64,000 bases of DNA, taken from NCBI GenBank assembly GCA_033344875.1, contig JAWPMO010000001.1, positions 829,595 through 893,594 of the forward strand. The letters are read 5' to 3'. The notes under the pieces were generated by a model that saw nothing but the letters and a program-made list of their open reading frames with translations, searched no databases and had not been told where the DNA came from. The position numbers and the translations under genes are program-made. Below, one piece after another: positions 47,617 to 57,011 of the stretch; the first letter of the stretch is position 1, and each line of letters starts with the position of its first letter. Origin of the DNA: Ilumatobacteraceae bacterium. GTDB lineage: Bacteria > Actinomycetota > Acidimicrobiia > Acidimicrobiales > Ilumatobacteraceae.

Positions 47617-48627
47617 CTACAGAGTGCGGTCGAGCAGCATCGCGTCACCGAAGCTCAAGAAGCGGTAGTCCGACGCGAGTGCGTCGTCGTAGAGGCGCCG
47701 CCAGCGGTCGCCGACGAAGGCATCGATCATCATGAGGAGGGTCGTCTTCGGCAGGTGGAAGTTGGTCATCATCAGATCGACCACCTGCCACTCGAAACCT
47801 CGGTGGATGAAGATGTCGGTTCGGCCCTCCAGGTCGCCGGTGGCGGCGGCGGATTCGAGGGCGCGCACCGACGTGGTCCCCACGGCGATCACCCGCTGGG
47901 CTTCGCGGCAGCGCTGCATCGTGTCAGCGGGCACGCGATAGCGCTCGGTGTGCATCCGGTGATCGAGCGGGTCGTCCTCCATGATCGGGCGGAACGTGTC
48001 GAGCCCGACGACCAGCTCGACCTTCGCGACGCCGATGCCGCGATCGGTGATCCGCGACAGCAGTTCGGACGTGAAGTGCAGACCGGCCGTGGGCGCCGCA
48101 GCGCTCCCCGGCTCGCGGGCGTACACGGTCTGATAGCGCTCGGGGTCGGCGAGGCGTTCGGTGATGTAGGGCGGCAGTGGCATCTCGCCGTGTTCGCCGA
48201 GCAGGTCGAGCGAGTCGACCGACCCGAGCAGCCTGACCCGGAAGGTGTCGCCCGCCGGGGTCCGTTCGCCGATCTCGACCACGTCGTCGCCGCCATCCGA
48301 GCGGAGCACTTCCCCGAGCTTCAGTCGTTTCGCCGGCCGGACGAGCGCCTCCCACACCTCGCGGGCGCCGTCGAGCGGTTCGAGGAGCAGGACCTCCGCG
48401 GCTCCGCCGGTGACCCGTCGCAGCGACAGCCGGGCCGGGATCACCTTCGTCTCGTTGACGACCAGCAGATCGCCCGGACGGAGGATCTCGGGCAGTTCGT
48501 GGACCCGTCGGTGGTCCGGTCGCTCTCTGCCGCGATCGACGAGCAGGCGAGCGGCGTCGCGCGGTTCGATCGGCGACTGGGCGATCCGGTCCTCCGGGAG
48601 GTCGTAGTCGAAGTCGGAGAGGCGCAT
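47617..48627 (-). CDS. queA: S-adenosylmethionine:tRNA ribosyltransferase-isomerase
   Basis: N-terminus MRLSDFDYDLPEDRIAQ, PLPPYI, AAPTAGLHFT motifs. Confidence 0.95.
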   Translation of the reverse strand: MRLSDFDYDLPEDRIAQSPIEPRDAARLLVDRGRERPDHRRVHELPEILRPGDLLVVNETKVIPARLSLRRVTGGAAEVLLLEPLDGAREVWEALVRPAKRLKLGEVLRSDGGDDVVEIGERTPAGDTFRVRLLGSVDSLDLLGEHGEMPLPPYITERLADPERYQTVYAREPGSAAAPTAGLHFTSELLSRITDRGIGVAKVELVVGLDTFRPIMEDDPLDHRMHTERYRVPADTMQRCREAQRVIAVGTTSVRALESAAATGDLEGRTDIFIHRGFEWQVVDLMMTNFHLPKTTLLMMIDAFVGDRWRRLYDDALASDYRFLSFGDAMLLDRTL

Positions 48628-48666
48628 CGCATCACGAGGCTACGAGGACGTGTGCGATCATGCGGC

Positions 48667-49374
48667 ATGGCTGATTCGAGGACGATCCTGGTCGAACGTG
48701 ACGATGTCGGCGCGATGCCGCTGCATGTGTGGGTACCCCCGTCCGGGACGGGTCCCGGCATCCTGCTGCTGCAGGAGATCTTCGGCGTCGGCCCGTACAT
48801 CCGGGCGGTCGCCAACCGCCTGTGCGAGGCAGGGTACGTCGTCGGCGCCCCCGAGGTGTTCTGGCGCTTCGCTCCTGGCTGGGAAGCCGGCCACGACGAA
48901 GCCGGCCTCCAGGCGTCGATGGAGAAGGTCGGCGAACTCGACGCCGGTCTCGCCGCCACCGATTGTGCAGCCGCACTCCACGTGCTCGGCGAACTCGACG
49001 AGGTCGCCGGTTCGCCGGGGGTGATGGGATTCTGCCTCGGCGGCACGCTGGCGTGGTCGGTCGCGGCCGCCGTCGAGCCGTCGGTGTGTGTCAGCTACTA
49101 CGGCTCCGGCGTCCCGGCGATGCTCGACCAGGTCGACAACGTCACCTGCCCGACGCTGTTCCACTACGGCAACGCCGACGCGTTCATCCCGAACGAGGGG
49201 GTCGAGGCGGTCAATGCCGCGATCGCCGGGCGACCGGGGTTCGTGCTCAACGTGGAGAACGCCGGTCATGCGTTCGACAACCACGAGAGCGAGATGTTCT
49301 GGAACGAAGCGGCGGCCCAGGCGGCCTGGGCCAAGACGATGGCCTTCCTCGGCGAGCACCTCCCGACCGGCTGA
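48667..49374 (+). CDS. Dienelactone hydrolase family protein
   Basis: ATG 48667. GILLLQEIFGV, nucleophile motif GFCLGG, C-terminal AGHAF. The only plus-strand gene inside the ruv-que-sec array. Confidence 0.85.
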   Translation: MADSRTILVERDDVGAMPLHVWVPPSGTGPGILLLQEIFGVGPYIRAVANRLCEAGYVVGAPEVFWRFAPGWEAGHDEAGLQASMEKVGELDAGLAATDCAAALHVLGELDEVAGSPGVMGFCLGGTLAWSVAAAVEPSVCVSYYGSGVPAMLDQVDNVTCPTLFHYGNADAFIPNEGVEAVNAAIAGRPGFVLNVENAGHAFDNHESEMFWNEAAAQAAWAKTMAFLGEHLPTG

Positions 49375-49410
49375 TCACGCCGGCAGCGCGACCGCACCTT
49401 GGCGGGTGGC

Positions 49411-50445
49411 TCAGCCGTCGAAGAGGCCGGGCTGGCCCTGGCGCTGCTTCGGCGGCAGCAGACCGAGGTGCTGGTACGCCGCCGGCATCGCCACGCGTCC
49501 GCGCGGCGTGCGGGCGATCATGCCCTGCTGGATCAGGAACGGTTCGTACACGTCCTCGACGGTGTCGGGCTGCTCACCGACGCTGATCGCGACGGTCGAC
49601 AGACCCACCGGCCCACCGTTGAACTGCTCGCACATCGCCTTCAGGATCGCCCGGTCGACCTTGTCGAGACCGAGGTCGTCGACGCCGAACAGGGCGAGCC
49701 CCTCGCGGGCGATGTCGGACGTGATCGAACCGTCGTGGCGGACCTCGGCGAAGTCGCGGACCCGGCGCAGGAGGCGGTTGGCGATCCGAGGTGTTCCCCG
49801 GGACCGCCGGGCGATCTCCCATGCCCCGTCGGTGTCGATGTCGACGTCGAGGATGCCGGCCGCCCGGACGACGATCTGCTGGAGCTCCTCGTCTTCGTAG
49901 TAGTCGAGCCGGGCGACGAGGCCGAAGCGATCGCGCAGCGGACCGGTGATCATGCCGGTCCGTGTGGTCGCACCGACCAGCGTGAACGGTGGCATGGTCA
50001 GCCGGATGCTCGACGCCGCCGGACCCTTGCCGACGACGATGTCGAGCTGGAAGTCCTCCATCGCCGGGTACAGGATCTCCTCGACCGCACGCGAGAGGCG
50101 GTGGATCTCGTCGACGAACAGCACGTCGCCCTCTTCGAGCTTGGTGAGGATCGCCGCCAGGTCGCCGGCGCGCTCGAGCGCCGGTCCGGACGTGATGTGG
50201 AGATGCGACTGCATCTCGGTTGCGACGATGCTCGCCAGGGTGGTCTTGCCGAGACCGGGAGGCCCGGCGAACAGCAGGTGGTCGACCGACTGGCCCCGGC
50301 GACGCGCCGCCTCGAGCACGATCGAGAGATGCTCCTTCAGCTCGCGCTGACCGACGAACTCGTCGAGGGCTCGCGGTCGGAGACCGGCCTCGACCGATTC
50401 CTCGACGTCGGACACGATGCCCGGGTCGCTGAACTCGTCACGCAC
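49411..50445 (-). CDS. ruvB: Holliday junction branch migration DNA helicase RuvB
   Basis: Walker [29 protein letters not shown]. Confidence 0.97.
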   Translation of the reverse strand: MRDEFSDPGIVSDVEESVEAGLRPRALDEFVGQRELKEHLSIVLEAARRRGQSVDHLLFAGPPGLGKTTLASIVATEMQSHLHITSGPALERAGDLAAILTKLEEGDVLFVDEIHRLSRAVEEILYPAMEDFQLDIVVGKGPAASSIRLTMPPFTLVGATTRTGMITGPLRDRFGLVARLDYYEDEELQQIVVRAAGILDVDIDTDGAWEIARRSRGTPRIANRLLRRVRDFAEVRHDGSITSDIAREGLALFGVDDLGLDKVDRAILKAMCEQFNGGPVGLSTVAISVGEQPDTVEDVYEPFLIQQGMIARTPRGRVAMPAAYQHLGLLPPKQRQGQPGLFDG

Positions 50446-51028
50446 GGCGGGCTCCCAACGCCTTCAGGGCATCGCGGAGCAGGGTGGCGGCGTCGCCGGT
50501 CGGGCTCAACTCACGCAGCGTGTCGCGGATCTCGTTCTCGCCGTAGCCGAGACCGCTCAGTGCCTCACGGACGTCGGCCATCGCGGAACCGCCACCCTCA
50601 CCGCCTCCGGCACCTTCGAGCACCGGCACACTGAGCCGCGACTTGAGCTCGACCAGCAGCCGCTCGGCTGTCTTCTTGCCGACGCCGGGGACGAGCGTGA
50701 GCGACGCCACGTCCTGGTTCGCGACGATGTCGACGAGCGCTGCCGGCGGATGCGTGGCGATGATGGCCATGCCGAGCGCCGGACCGACGCCGTGCGTGCC
50801 GATCAGCGTCTGGAACGTGATCCGCTCGTCGCGGGTGAGGAACCCGAACAGCTGCTGGTCGGCCTCACGGATGTGATGATGGACGTAGAGGAATGCCGTC
50901 GTCGACGGTTCGAGTTCGGCCATCGCGCGCTGCGACACGTTCACGACGTAGCCGACTCCCGCCACCTCGATCAGGACCGATCCGCCGAGGTCGCGCTCGA
51001 GGATCTCTCCCCGCAGCGAGCCGATCAT
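50438..51028 (-). CDS. ruvA: Holliday junction branch migration complex subunit RuvA
   Basis: ATG 51028 overlaps the ruvC stop (ATGA). [10 protein letters not shown]-terminus and HhH motifs ([27 protein letters not shown]). Confidence 0.92.
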   Translation of the reverse strand: MIGSLRGEILERDLGGSVLIEVAGVGYVVNVSQRAMAELEPSTTAFLYVHHHIREADQQLFGFLTRDERITFQTLIGTHGVGPALGMAIIATHPPAALVDIVANQDVASLTLVPGVGKKTAERLLVELKSRLSVPVLEGAGGGEGGGSAMADVREALSGLGYGENEIRDTLRELSPTGDAATLLRDALKALGARRA

Positions 51029-51540
51029 CGCCGGGCTCCGGCCGTGGCCGCCGCGACGTGACGCGACATCGGAGCGAATGCGAGGTGACACAGCGCCAGC
51101 GCCGCCGCATCGGCGGCGTCGGCCGGCTTGGGGAGCTGCGACAGCCTGAGGCGGGCCTGGACCATCTTCTGCATCTGTTGCTTGGTCGCACCACCGAATC
51201 CGGCGACGGTGTTCTTGACCTCGTTGGGCGTGTACTGGACGACGACGCACCCGGCCGCGGCCGCCTCACACAGGGCGAGACCGCTCGCCTGCCCGACGCT
51301 CATCGCCGTCCGGACGTTGGTCTGGAAGAACACCCGCTCGACCGACACCACGTCGGGCTCGAACTCGGTGATCAGTCCGACGATCTCGTTGCGCAACGCC
51401 GCCAGGCGGTACGGCAGCTCGTCGGACGCCGGCGTGCGGATCACACCGAGCGTGATCGCCTGCGCTGCACCCGGGCCGCGCCCGTCGACGACGGCGTACC
51501 CACACCTGGTCAGGCCGGGGTCGATCCCCAGGACACGCAT
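51025..51540 (-). CDS. ruvC: Crossover junction endodeoxyribonuclease RuvC
   Basis: ATG 51540 gives the canonical MRVLGIDPGLTRCGY with GGAG SD 9 nt upstream. The track ORF starts 2 codons earlier at TTG 51546. Confidence 0.92.
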   Translation of the reverse strand: MRVLGIDPGLTRCGYAVVDGRGPGAAQAITLGVIRTPASDELPYRLAALRNEIVGLITEFEPDVVSVERVFFQTNVRTAMSVGQASGLALCEAAAAGCVVVQYTPNEVKNTVAGFGGATKQQMQKMVQARLRLSQLPKPADAADAAALALCHLAFAPMSRHVAAATAGARR

Positions 51541-51555
51541 CAGCAAGAACTCCGA

Positions 51556-51571
51556 ACGAACACAGGTTCGA
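51556..51571 (-). promoter_or_regulatory. LexA SOS box candidate upstream of ruvCAB
   Basis: The minus strand reads TCGAAC-ctgt-GTTCGT, an 11/12 match to the actinobacterial/Gram-positive consensus TCGAAC-N4-GTTCGA. It lies 16-31 nt upstream of the ruvC ATG. Confidence 0.55.
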
Positions 51572-51605
51572 CCTTACTCGACGGGATCGACGACGAACCG
51601 GGACC

Positions 51606-52862
51606 TCACGAACGCCACCGCACGAGCCCGCGGTCGATCTCGGGGATCGACCGACGCCCGGTCAGCGCCATCGTGCGCTCGACACCTTCGCGGAGCACGC
51701 GCAGCACCTGGTCGACCCCTCGTTCGCCGGCGGCGCCGAGGCCGTACAGGTATGGCCGACCGATCGAGCACGCATCAGCGCCGAGCGCCAGCGCCTTGAC
51801 GATGTCGCTCCCCCGCCGGATGCCACCGTCGCAGATGATCGCCGCCGCGCCCTGGAGCTCCTGAGCGACCGGTTCGACCAACTCGATCGGCACCGGCGCA
51901 CCATCGAGTTGGCGGCCACCGTGGTTGGACAGGCCGATGCCCTGCACACCGACCGCGACGGCCCGACGGGCGTCGTCGACGGTCTGGATGCCCTTGAGCA
52001 CGAGCGGCCGGTCCCAGATCGACTGCAACCACTCGACGTCGTCCCAGCTCAGCTTCTGGTCGAAGTTCTTCATCACGTGCTCGGCCATCGGCATGCCGGC
52101 GTCGGCACCGTGGCCCTCGTGATGCGCGACGTTGGCGAACACCATTGGCTCGTGGGTCAGGAAGTCGAGGGTCCACGCCGGATGCAACATCCCGTCGATG
52201 ATCGTCCGGGGGCCGAGCAGCGGGGGGAAGGTGTAACCGTTTCGGACGTCTCGTTCGCGCCGCCCGAGGACCGCCGTGTCGACCGTCAGCCAGAGCGCCT
52301 CGTAGTCGGCGGCCCTGGCACGCTCGACCAGTTCCTGCACGAGTCCCCGGTCCTTCCAGGTGTACACCTGGAACCACTTCGGCCCGGCGGACACCTCGGC
52401 GACCTCTTCGATCGTGCGGGTGCTCATCGTCGACAGCGAGTACGGCAGACCGGCCCGCGCCGCCGATCGGGCGACCGACAGCTCACCCTGCGAGTGCGCG
52501 ATGCGGCTGTAGCCGGTGGGTGCCAGCACCAGCGGCAACGGAATGTGCTTGCCGAGCAACGTCGTGCTGGTGTCGACGGCGCTGACGTCACGCAGGACGT
52601 TCGGCCGGAATTCGATGTCCGCGAACGCGCTCGCGTTGTTCGCCATCGTCCGTTCGTCCTCGGCGCCACCGTCGATGTAGTCGAACACGCCCCTCGGCAG
52701 CCGCCGCTTCGCGACGCGCCGGAGATCGTCGACGGTGACGGCGGTCCGGAGGCGACGCGCGACCGGGTCGGTCTCGAACCTGCGGAATCGAACCGTCGAC
52801 CGGAACGTCGTGTACATGTCGGTCACACCCACGCCGGCAGCGTAGGTCGCCGGGACCGGCAC
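51606..52862 (-). CDS. FMN-dependent alpha-hydroxy-acid oxidising enzyme (L-lactate dehydrogenase/glycolate oxidase family)
   Basis: VFDYIDGGAEDE N-terminal motif, SNHGGRQLD active-site motif, GGIRRGSDIVKALALGA. Start is 52862 or ATG 52817. Confidence 0.85.
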   Translation of the reverse strand: MPVPATYAAGVGVTDMYTTFRSTVRFRRFETDPVARRLRTAVTVDDLRRVAKRRLPRGVFDYIDGGAEDERTMANNASAFADIEFRPNVLRDVSAVDTSTTLLGKHIPLPLVLAPTGYSRIAHSQGELSVARSAARAGLPYSLSTMSTRTIEEVAEVSAGPKWFQVYTWKDRGLVQELVERARAADYEALWLTVDTAVLGRRERDVRNGYTFPPLLGPRTIIDGMLHPAWTLDFLTHEPMVFANVAHHEGHGADAGMPMAEHVMKNFDQKLSWDDVEWLQSIWDRPLVLKGIQTVDDARRAVAVGVQGIGLSNHGGRQLDGAPVPIELVEPVAQELQGAAAIICDGGIRRGSDIVKALALGADACSIGRPYLYGLGAAGERGVDQVLRVLREGVERTMALTGRRSIPEIDRGLVRWRS

Positions 52863-52870
52863 CCCGGGGG

Positions 52871-53443
52871 TCAGTCCGGCGGGAGGTCGGTGACGCGTCC
52901 GCCGCTGCGCCAGTAGAGGTTGCCGCCGGCCGCCGGCTCGCGGTCGAGCAGCCCCTCGTCGACGAGGCCCCGCCGGAGCGCCGACCAGTCGGGATGGAAC
53001 GCTCCGAGCAGATCGTTGACCTCGAACTCGGTGTACCGGCGCCCGGGATCGAACTCCAAGGCGAGCCGCTGGAGCACGACGAGCCGCTTCGCTCGCTGCG
53101 TCGGGATCTCGTCGAGGACCCGCCCGGAGAAGAATCGAGCGAGCACGACGCGTTCGTCATCGGTCATCCCGTAGCCGATGACCGCATCCATCGGCAGCTC
53201 GACCTCGGACGCGGCGCGGGCCGCGGCCCGCATCGCATCGTCGTCGATGGCGAAGCCGCCGCCGGCCTCCGCCAGCACGAGTCCCGCCGACCGGAGGTCG
53301 CCGACGGCCGACAGGACCACCCGCTGGTCGAGGCCGGTCGCAGTGACCAACTCGGCGGTGGATGCGGACCGTGCCGCCAGCGCGCCGGCGACGGCGAGTC
53401 GGTTCCGATCGAGCAGCAACGTCAGGAGTCCGTGCGTGTCCAC
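52871..53443 (-). CDS. DUF2087-domain protein with N-terminal winged-HTH (putative regulator)
   Basis: N-terminal ArsR-like wHTH (STAELVTATGLDQRVVLSAVGDLRSAGLV). C-terminal RYTEFEVNDLLGAFHPDWSALRRGLVDEGLL resembles DUF2087. Confidence 0.65.
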   Translation of the reverse strand: MDTHGLLTLLLDRNRLAVAGALAARSASTAELVTATGLDQRVVLSAVGDLRSAGLVLAEAGGGFAIDDDAMRAAARAASEVELPMDAVIGYGMTDDERVVLARFFSGRVLDEIPTQRAKRLVVLQRLALEFDPGRRYTEFEVNDLLGAFHPDWSALRRGLVDEGLLDREPAAGGNLYWRSGGRVTDLPPD

Positions 53444-53503
53444 GTGCGCCAGTCAACCAGCTCGGCGGTCGACGCCCGGTCCACGTTCTGCGAGGATGGG
53501 CGC

Positions 53504-53803
53504 ATGCTTGCCGTCACGATCCTGTACCCGCGCACCGAGGACTCCACGTTCGACATGGACTACTACACCTCGACCCACATGCCGATGTTCGCCGAGGCGC
53601 TCGGTGACGCGTGCCAGGGCTGGGGCGCCGCTTCCATCGCCGAGGGCAAGTACGCCGCGATGGGGTGGGCGATGATCACCGATCAGGACGGCTTCAACGG
53701 CGCCATGGCCGCTCATGGTGCCAAGATCATGGGCGACGTTCCCAACTACACCAACGTCCAGCCCGAGCTGCTGATCGGCGAGATCACCGGCGGCAGCCAG
53801 TAA
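53504..53803 (+). CDS. EthD-family reductase-like protein (TIGR02118-like)
   Basis: 99 aa. MLAVTILYPRTEDSTFDMDYYTSTHMPM is the typical N-terminus of this family. Confidence 0.75.
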   Translation: MLAVTILYPRTEDSTFDMDYYTSTHMPMFAEALGDACQGWGAASIAEGKYAAMGWAMITDQDGFNGAMAAHGAKIMGDVPNYTNVQPELLIGEITGGSQ

Positions 53804-53810
53804 CAGCGAT

Positions 53811-53837
53811 CCCCGGCCACGCAGGTCGCGGCCGGGG
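53811..53837. terminator. GC-rich hairpin between convergent genes (8-bp stem ccccggcc/ggccgggg, 11-nt loop)
   Basis: Perfect inverted repeat 53811-53818 / 53830-53837 in the 42-nt gap between the EthD and MaoC stops. No T-tract, which is often absent in high-GC actinobacteria. Confidence 0.35.
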
Positions 53838-53845
53838 GTGTGCGC

Positions 53846-54694
53846 TCAGGAGTGCCGGAGCAGACCCTGGTCGATCACGGCTCGGTCACCGACCGACGTG
53901 ACGAACAGGGCCTCACCGTCGCCGGTCTCCCACATCGACACCGTCAGGGCCTCGCCGGGCAGGACGGGCGACGTGAACCGACCCTCGATGTGGTCGAAGC
54001 GCGCCGGGTCGCTCCCGCACAGCGTGTGCAACAGCGCCCGCCCCGTGAAGCCGTAGGTGCACAGGCCGTGGAGGATCGGCCGGTCGAATCCGCCCATCGC
54101 GGCGAACGCCGGATCGCTGTGCAGCGGATTCCGATCGCCCGACAGCCGATACGTGAGCGCCTGGTCGGGCGAGGTCTGGTACGTGACCTGATGGTCGGGC
54201 GACCGCTCCGGCGGGACGTTCTGGGGGCCTGACGGACCACGTTCTCCGCCCCAACCGCCTTCGCCGCGGATGAAGATCGAGGAGGTGTTCGTGTACAGCG
54301 GCGCGCCGTCGAGGACCGCGGTCGTCGACGTGACCACCACCGCCGCCTTGCCCTTGTCGTACATCGCGGTGACCTCGCTCTCGAGCGTCGCCGTGCCCTC
54401 GACCGGGATCGGGCGGTGCAGCGTGACCGACTGCTGCCCGTGCACGAGCATCGCCGGGTTGAACGATCCGATGTTGCCCATCGCCGACCCCCGGCCCCAG
54501 CCGATCACGACCGGGAACGTCGGGAAAACCTGTTGTTCGACGCCGTTCGTGTTCTCGGTCGTGAAGGCGAGTTCGTCGGTGCCGGCGCCGATGCCGACGG
54601 CGTAGAGCAGGCAGTCCTTGCTGTCCCAGCTCACCTCCACCGGTTCGCTCCTGCTGCCGACCGCTTCGGGATTCAACGGCATGTCACTGACCAC
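53846..54694 (-). CDS. Double hot-dog MaoC-type (R)-specific enoyl-CoA hydratase
   Basis: 282 aa with an N-terminal MaoC_dehydrat_N-like half and a C-terminal MaoC half (SGDRNPLHSDPAFAAMGGFDRPILHGLCTYG). Start is GTG 54694 or ATG 54682. Confidence 0.85.
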   Translation of the reverse strand: MVSDMPLNPEAVGSRSEPVEVSWDSKDCLLYAVGIGAGTDELAFTTENTNGVEQQVFPTFPVVIGWGRGSAMGNIGSFNPAMLVHGQQSVTLHRPIPVEGTATLESEVTAMYDKGKAAVVVTSTTAVLDGAPLYTNTSSIFIRGEGGWGGERGPSGPQNVPPERSPDHQVTYQTSPDQALTYRLSGDRNPLHSDPAFAAMGGFDRPILHGLCTYGFTGRALLHTLCGSDPARFDHIEGRFTSPVLPGEALTVSMWETGDGEALFVTSVGDRAVIDQGLLRHS

Positions 54695-55628
54695 CCTTCG
54701 AGTTGGGGGCGGTCGGTGATTGTGGCGGACCGCCCGGTTCGCCGTTCATGCCCGAGTTGGGACGTGCGCCGGCGAGCATCGACTCGACCAACACCCCGAT
54801 TCCCGTCGGGTCGTCGGTCGGATCGACCTCCGGCCCGCGGACCCAGCCTTCGGCGACAGCGAGCACCCTCCCGCTCGCCTCGAACACCCGGCCGGTCACC
54901 GCGGCGGACTCCTCGGACGCCAGCCACGTCACGATCGGCGCGATCCACTTCGGTGACATCGCCTCCTTGTCCTCGTCGCCGGCCTGTCCCATGCCGAGGT
55001 CCTCGGTCATCCGCGTCAGTGCGGCCGGGGCGATCGCGTTGACGGTGACGCCGTACCGGGCGAGTTCGAGCGCCGCGATGTTGGTGAACGAGGCGATGCC
55101 CGCCTTGGCCGCGCCGTAGTTGGTCTGGCCGATGTTGCCGTAGATCCCCGACACCGACGTGGTGTTGATGATGCGTCCGCTGACCGGTTCGCCCGCCTTG
55201 GAGCGCTCACGCCAGTAGGCGGCGGCGTGACGGGCCGGCGCGAAGGTGCCCTTGAGGTGCACGTTGATCACGGCGTCCCACTCGGCCTCGTCCATGTTGG
55301 CGAGCATGCGATCGCGCAGGATGCCCGCGTTGTTGATCACCGCGTGCAGGTCGCCGAAGGTGTCGACGGCCTGGCGGATCATGCGTTCGGCACCGTCGAA
55401 GTCGGCGACGTTCTCCCCGTTCGCGACGGCCTCGCCGCCGGCGGCCACGATCTCCGCGACCACCTGCTCGGCCGGGCTGTCGTCGCTCCCCGAGCCGTCA
55501 CGGGCACCGCCGAGGTCGTTGACGACCACCTTGGCCCCGTGGTGAGCCAGCGTCAGCGCGTACTCGCGGCCGATGCCGCGCCCGGCGCCCGTCACGATCG
55601 CGACGCGTCCTTCACACAGTCGATTCAT
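54684..55628 (-). CDS. SDR-family oxidoreductase (MFE-2-type 3-hydroxyacyl-CoA dehydrogenase-like)
   Basis: ATG 55628. TGAGRGIG cofactor motif, NNAGI, and YGAAK catalytic motif. The track extension up to 56840 is shadow opposite the next gene. Confidence 0.9.
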   Translation of the reverse strand: MNRLCEGRVAIVTGAGRGIGREYALTLAHHGAKVVVNDLGGARDGSGSDDSPAEQVVAEIVAAGGEAVANGENVADFDGAERMIRQAVDTFGDLHAVINNAGILRDRMLANMDEAEWDAVINVHLKGTFAPARHAAAYWRERSKAGEPVSGRIINTTSVSGIYGNIGQTNYGAAKAGIASFTNIAALELARYGVTVNAIAPAALTRMTEDLGMGQAGDEDKEAMSPKWIAPIVTWLASEESAAVTGRVFEASGRVLAVAEGWVRGPEVDPTDDPTGIGVLVESMLAGARPNSGMNGEPGGPPQSPTAPNSKGGQ

Positions 55629-55733
55629 GGATGTCCGTTCCTCCTGAGCTTCGTGTTCGCATCGTAGGAGGCCGGGTCCCGACGGTTCGGATCGGGGCGG
55701 GAACCGAGTCGGCCGAGCCGTAGCCTCGGAGGC

Positions 55734-57008
55734 GTGACCGGGCCCCTCCTCGAGACCACCACATCCTCGACCGCATCCTCGACCACATCTGCGCCACGGA
55801 CCGCCGACGTGGTCGTCGTCGGCGCAGGTCCGGCGGGCATCGCCGCTGCGCTCACGTTGCACCGCGCCGGCCGCTCCGTGATCGTGATCGACAAGGCGAC
55901 GTTCCCGCGCGACAAGTGCTGCGGTGACGGGTTGACCACCCTCGCCCTCCGAGAACTCGATGCGCTCGGTCTGCAGCCCGATGCGGTCGACGGCTGGTTC
56001 GACGTCGACGCCGCGTGGTTGCGGTCGCCGTCGGGGCGTGAGGTCGTCGTCCCGCTCCCCGACCACGGTCGCTACGCCGCGGTCGCCCCTCGGTTCACCC
56101 TCGACGCCGCCCTCGTCCGGCTCGCACGCGACGCCGGCGTCACCGTGCTCGACGGTCACGGGTTCGAACGCCTGACGACCGCTGATGATCACGTCGACGT
56201 CGACGTCAGCGGCGTCGGGATCGTGCGCTGCCGCTACGTGATCGCGGCCGACGGCATGTGGAGTCCGGTCCGCAAGGGGCTCGGCGCCACGATCGACGGA
56301 TACCGGGGTGAGTGGCACGCATTCCGGCAGTACGCCTCCGACGTCACCGGGCCCGCTGCCGAGCGGCTGATCGTGTGGTTCGAGGATGACCTGCTCCCCG
56401 GCTACGCGTGGTCGTTCCCGCTCCCGGGCAATCGCGTCAACATCGGCTTCGGCGTGTTGCGCGACGGCGACCGAAAGGTGCGCGACATGGCCGATCTGTG
56501 GCGCGACCTCCTGCAGCGCCCGCACGTCGTCGAGGCGCTCGGTGAGGGATTCCGGCTCGAGGGGCGACACACCGCGTGGCCGATCCCGGCCCGCGTCGAC
56601 GAGATCTCCCTGACCTCTGGGCGCGTGCTGTTCGTCGGCGATGCGGCGGCCGCGACCGACGTGATGACGGGCGAGGGCATCGGGCAGGCGCTGCTGAGCG
56701 GCCGGCTCGCGGCCGACGCGATCGTCGACGGTGGTGCCGTGCAGCCCGCCACCGTGGCCGACGCGTACGAACGGGCCGTCGAGCACGAGTTGTTCGCCGA
56801 TCACCGCATGTCGAAGCGGCTGGGCGCCGTCCTGAAGCACCCCGCTGGTGCACGCGGCGCCATCCGGATCGTCGGAGCCAGCGGCGAGTGGGGCCGCCGC
56901 AACTTCGCACGGTGGATGTTCGAAGACGAGCCTCGGGCGATCGTCACTTCACCACGACGCTGGCATCGCGGGTTCCTCGCCCGACCGGGCGCCTACACCC
57001 GAAGCTGA
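55734..57008 (+). CDS. Geranylgeranyl-reductase-family FAD-dependent oxidoreductase
   Basis: DVVVVGAGPAGIAAALTL, DKATFPRDKCCGDGLT, and GDAAAATDVMTGEGIGQAL motifs. The exact start is uncertain because the Thr/Ser-rich N-terminus gives no clear choice. Confidence 0.85.
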   Translation: MTGPLLETTTSSTASSTTSAPRTADVVVVGAGPAGIAAALTLHRAGRSVIVIDKATFPRDKCCGDGLTTLALRELDALGLQPDAVDGWFDVDAAWLRSPSGREVVVPLPDHGRYAAVAPRFTLDAALVRLARDAGVTVLDGHGFERLTTADDHVDVDVSGVGIVRCRYVIAADGMWSPVRKGLGATIDGYRGEWHAFRQYASDVTGPAAERLIVWFEDDLLPGYAWSFPLPGNRVNIGFGVLRDGDRKVRDMADLWRDLLQRPHVVEALGEGFRLEGRHTAWPIPARVDEISLTSGRVLFVGDAAAATDVMTGEGIGQALLSGRLAADAIVDGGAVQPATVADAYERAVEHELFADHRMSKRLGAVLKHPAGARGAIRIVGASGEWGRRNFARWMFEDEPRAIVTSPRRWHRGFLARPGAYTRS

Positions 57009-57011
57009 GCC

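Noticed and set aside
54684-56840. 718-aa version of the SDR ORF, together with similar long N-terminal extensions of pyrG, recN, nadK, hisS, scpA/B, ruvA, yajC, secF, the HAD-IB gene and the methyltransferase in the ORF track.
   Set aside because: The extensions run through neighbouring genes or intergenic DNA, are Arg/Pro-rich, and precede canonical N-termini with proper start codons. These starts often have an SD or a 4-nt overlap. I trimmed the calls to the internal starts.
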